Source of the DNA: Octopus bimaculoides
Lineage: Eukaryota
Assembly (NCBI RefSeq): GCF_001194135.2
Contig: NC_069000.1
Location: 17,901,449-17,952,036 of the forward strand
Length of the DNA stretch: 50,588 nt
Reading direction: 5' to 3'
The notes beneath the pieces are model-generated. The model saw nothing but the letters and a program-made list of their open reading frames with translations, was not told where the DNA came from and did not search any database. The translations under genes were made by a program, and so were the position numbers. Of this stretch, positions 48,305 through 50,588 are shown in pieces. The first letter of the stretch is position 1; each line of letters begins with the position of its first letter.

Positions 48305-50588
48305 GTAATTTAGTCATTTTTTTTTTCCTTTGTTGTTTTTCATTGTTATTTAGTCATTATTTTTCTTTGTCCTTTTGCAGAGATTAGATTGGCAGAAACT
48401 TTAGAACATCAGACAAAATGCCTTGCAGTAACTGTTCTAGTTCTTTGTGTTCTAAGTTCAAATCCTGCTAAAGCCAGTTTTGCCTTTCATCATTCTGGAG
48501 GTTGATAAAAATACAGTGCCAACCAGGTAACTGTGTCAATAGTATTCACTATCCTCTCCCCTTAAAATTTCTGGTCTTTATTTTAATTCCAGTTTGAAAT
48601 AACTTTTGATGTAGACATTATTAGGATTATGATCTCTGTTGTCATGTTTGTCAACATTTTGCTTCGAGTGACTCTGTCTCACTATTATTCCTTAAAAGAA
48701 ATACCCAGAAGTTTGTGTGTGTGTGTGTATGTGTGTGTGTGAATATGACTTTAAGCAGCATATAACATCAGGACCCTGGTTTAGTAGTTCCTGGGTTCTG
48801 AGGAGTGTGGGTTCTTAGGAAGGGCATCCAGCTGTAGAAACCATGCCAAATCAGATTGGAACCTGGTGCAGCCTTCCGGCTTACCAGTTTCAGTCAAATT
48901 GTCCAACCCATGCCAGCATGGAAAGCAGACACTAAATGATGATGATGAATGTGTCTTAGCAGAGTTGTGCAATGTGAACCCCAGCTACCTAACCTTTTTT
49001 TATTTTCTGTAGTATTCTGTATATCTTTTTTAATGTGGATGTACTGTAGAAAACCACAAAACTGCAGTATTTGTCTTGAGAAAGCATCTGCTATAGATGT
49101 ATAGTGCTAAAAAGCACAGAAGAATATCAGTAGCAGATGTAAATTGTCCAGCAGTGGAATTGCTTGATCTAGATTTCTGCTTCTTTGGGTGTCATCAATA
49201 GCAAATTAATGATGTGTAGGGACACTGTATTTCGTTAAGTAACCATAATATACTACAAAGTATATCAAACACTTTATAAGTCAATACTGTGTTCTACTGT
49301 GTTAGCAGTGTGCTTTATATCACTTGTTAAGGTTACCTCTACAGAATTTCTATAGAAATTATAACCAGCACTGATTTGTTATGTTGTTATGAATCAATGG
49401 TGGCTATGATTTCTATAGAAAATCTGTAGAGATAACCTTAACAAGTCAATAGCAAGTATCTAATATCAACTGCATGCTTAGACAAATTTAACCTCTACTG
49501 ATATAGAAAAACAGTGATTAACAAATCACTGGTGTTGCACTTGTAGAATAATGTCCTTATGATTCTGAAAAATATAAAAAAAGTGAATGTTTAATACTAT
49601 TTAAAAAAAAATTCATTGTCAACCTTTAAATTCCTCATTTCAGTGTTCATATCAAGTAATATTTCCATTTTTGACAGCTTGTTCTCAAATGGTTTTCATA
49701 ATTACATTATTAAACTTAGGAGATTACTGTCATGCATGAAAATATCAGGTTTGCAGTTAAGGTTAGGATTTTAGGGTTAGAGTTTATGGTTAGGGTTTAA
49801 GGTTAGGTTTTTAGGTTTATTGTATAGAGTTTAGAGTTAGTGGATTATGAGGAGAAGGGAAATAAAGTGAACAGGATTGAGTTTATGAATTTCTTTTCTT
49901 TTTATATGTATAATGTCTAATGTTCAAATCAAAGAATTATGAAAAACGTTTCTAAATAAAGGAAAAATGAAAAAGGTATGGATAGGGATGTTTACTGCAC
50001 AACTCAGCTATATATTATGTGTGTATGTGTATGTATGTATCTATATATATCTATATCTATGTATATATATATATATATAGATTTATATCATCATTTTAAC
50101 GTTCACTTTTCCATGCTTCTATGAGTCAGATGGGATTTGCTGTGGCAGATTTTCTATGGCTGGATGACCTTCCTGTTGCCAAACCCTTACCTCTTTCCAA
50201 GTAAGGTAATATTTCCATGTAAGGTATACATACACACATGACAGGCTTCCATACAGTTTCCAACTAACAAAACCCACTAAGTTATTTGTTTGGCTTGGAA
50301 CTATAGTAGAAAGCACTTTCCCAGGATGTTGTACAGTGAGTCTGAACTTGAAACCACATGTTTGCAAAGCAAATTCGTTAACCCTACAGCCATGCCTGGA
50401 CCAATCATTTAATTTCAAACATGAGCCTGCTCTGTGAAATTCCACTCGTCTAAGTCAAATATTTTCCACAAGCTGACCCCAGCATATCAACACTTCAACT
50501 CCACTCTGTTGTGCATGATCCTTTTATAAACATTATTGAACCACAATTAAATTTTTAAGAAGTAAAATGATATATATATATATATATA

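Overview
AT-rich, repeat-dense animal genomic DNA with 11 N-gaps. The SINE and RTE-tail families and the microsatellite load point to an Octopus-type cephalopod short-read assembly (inference). Two divergently transcribed spliced genes can be reconstructed by hand; the ORF track shows only fragments of them. (1) On the minus strand, the 5' end of porphobilinogen deaminase HMBS: exon 1 at 17349-17266 and exon 2 from 9477, cut by a gap at 9427. (2) On the plus strand, a PROSER3-like gene: 8 phase-compatible coding exons from 28819 to 48304, 933 nt or 311 codons, with the 3' end not found in the window. The rest is SINEs, RTE/CR1/Penelope fragments, a Tigger-like deletion derivative, a MITE, and tandem and simple repeats. 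I see no evidence of a novel multi-gene system, and no CRISPR, rRNA or true tRNA. The best leads are an unexplained strong-splice-site exon candidate (44282-44349), several long fold-back structures in or near the PROSER3 transcript (possible ADAR/dsRNA substrates), an 86-bp inverted duplication of a SINE head plus its flank, and a CpG-decay pattern that may mark an unannotated transcribed block at about 21-26 kb. Repeat boundaries are approximate and family names come from recall, not from a search.
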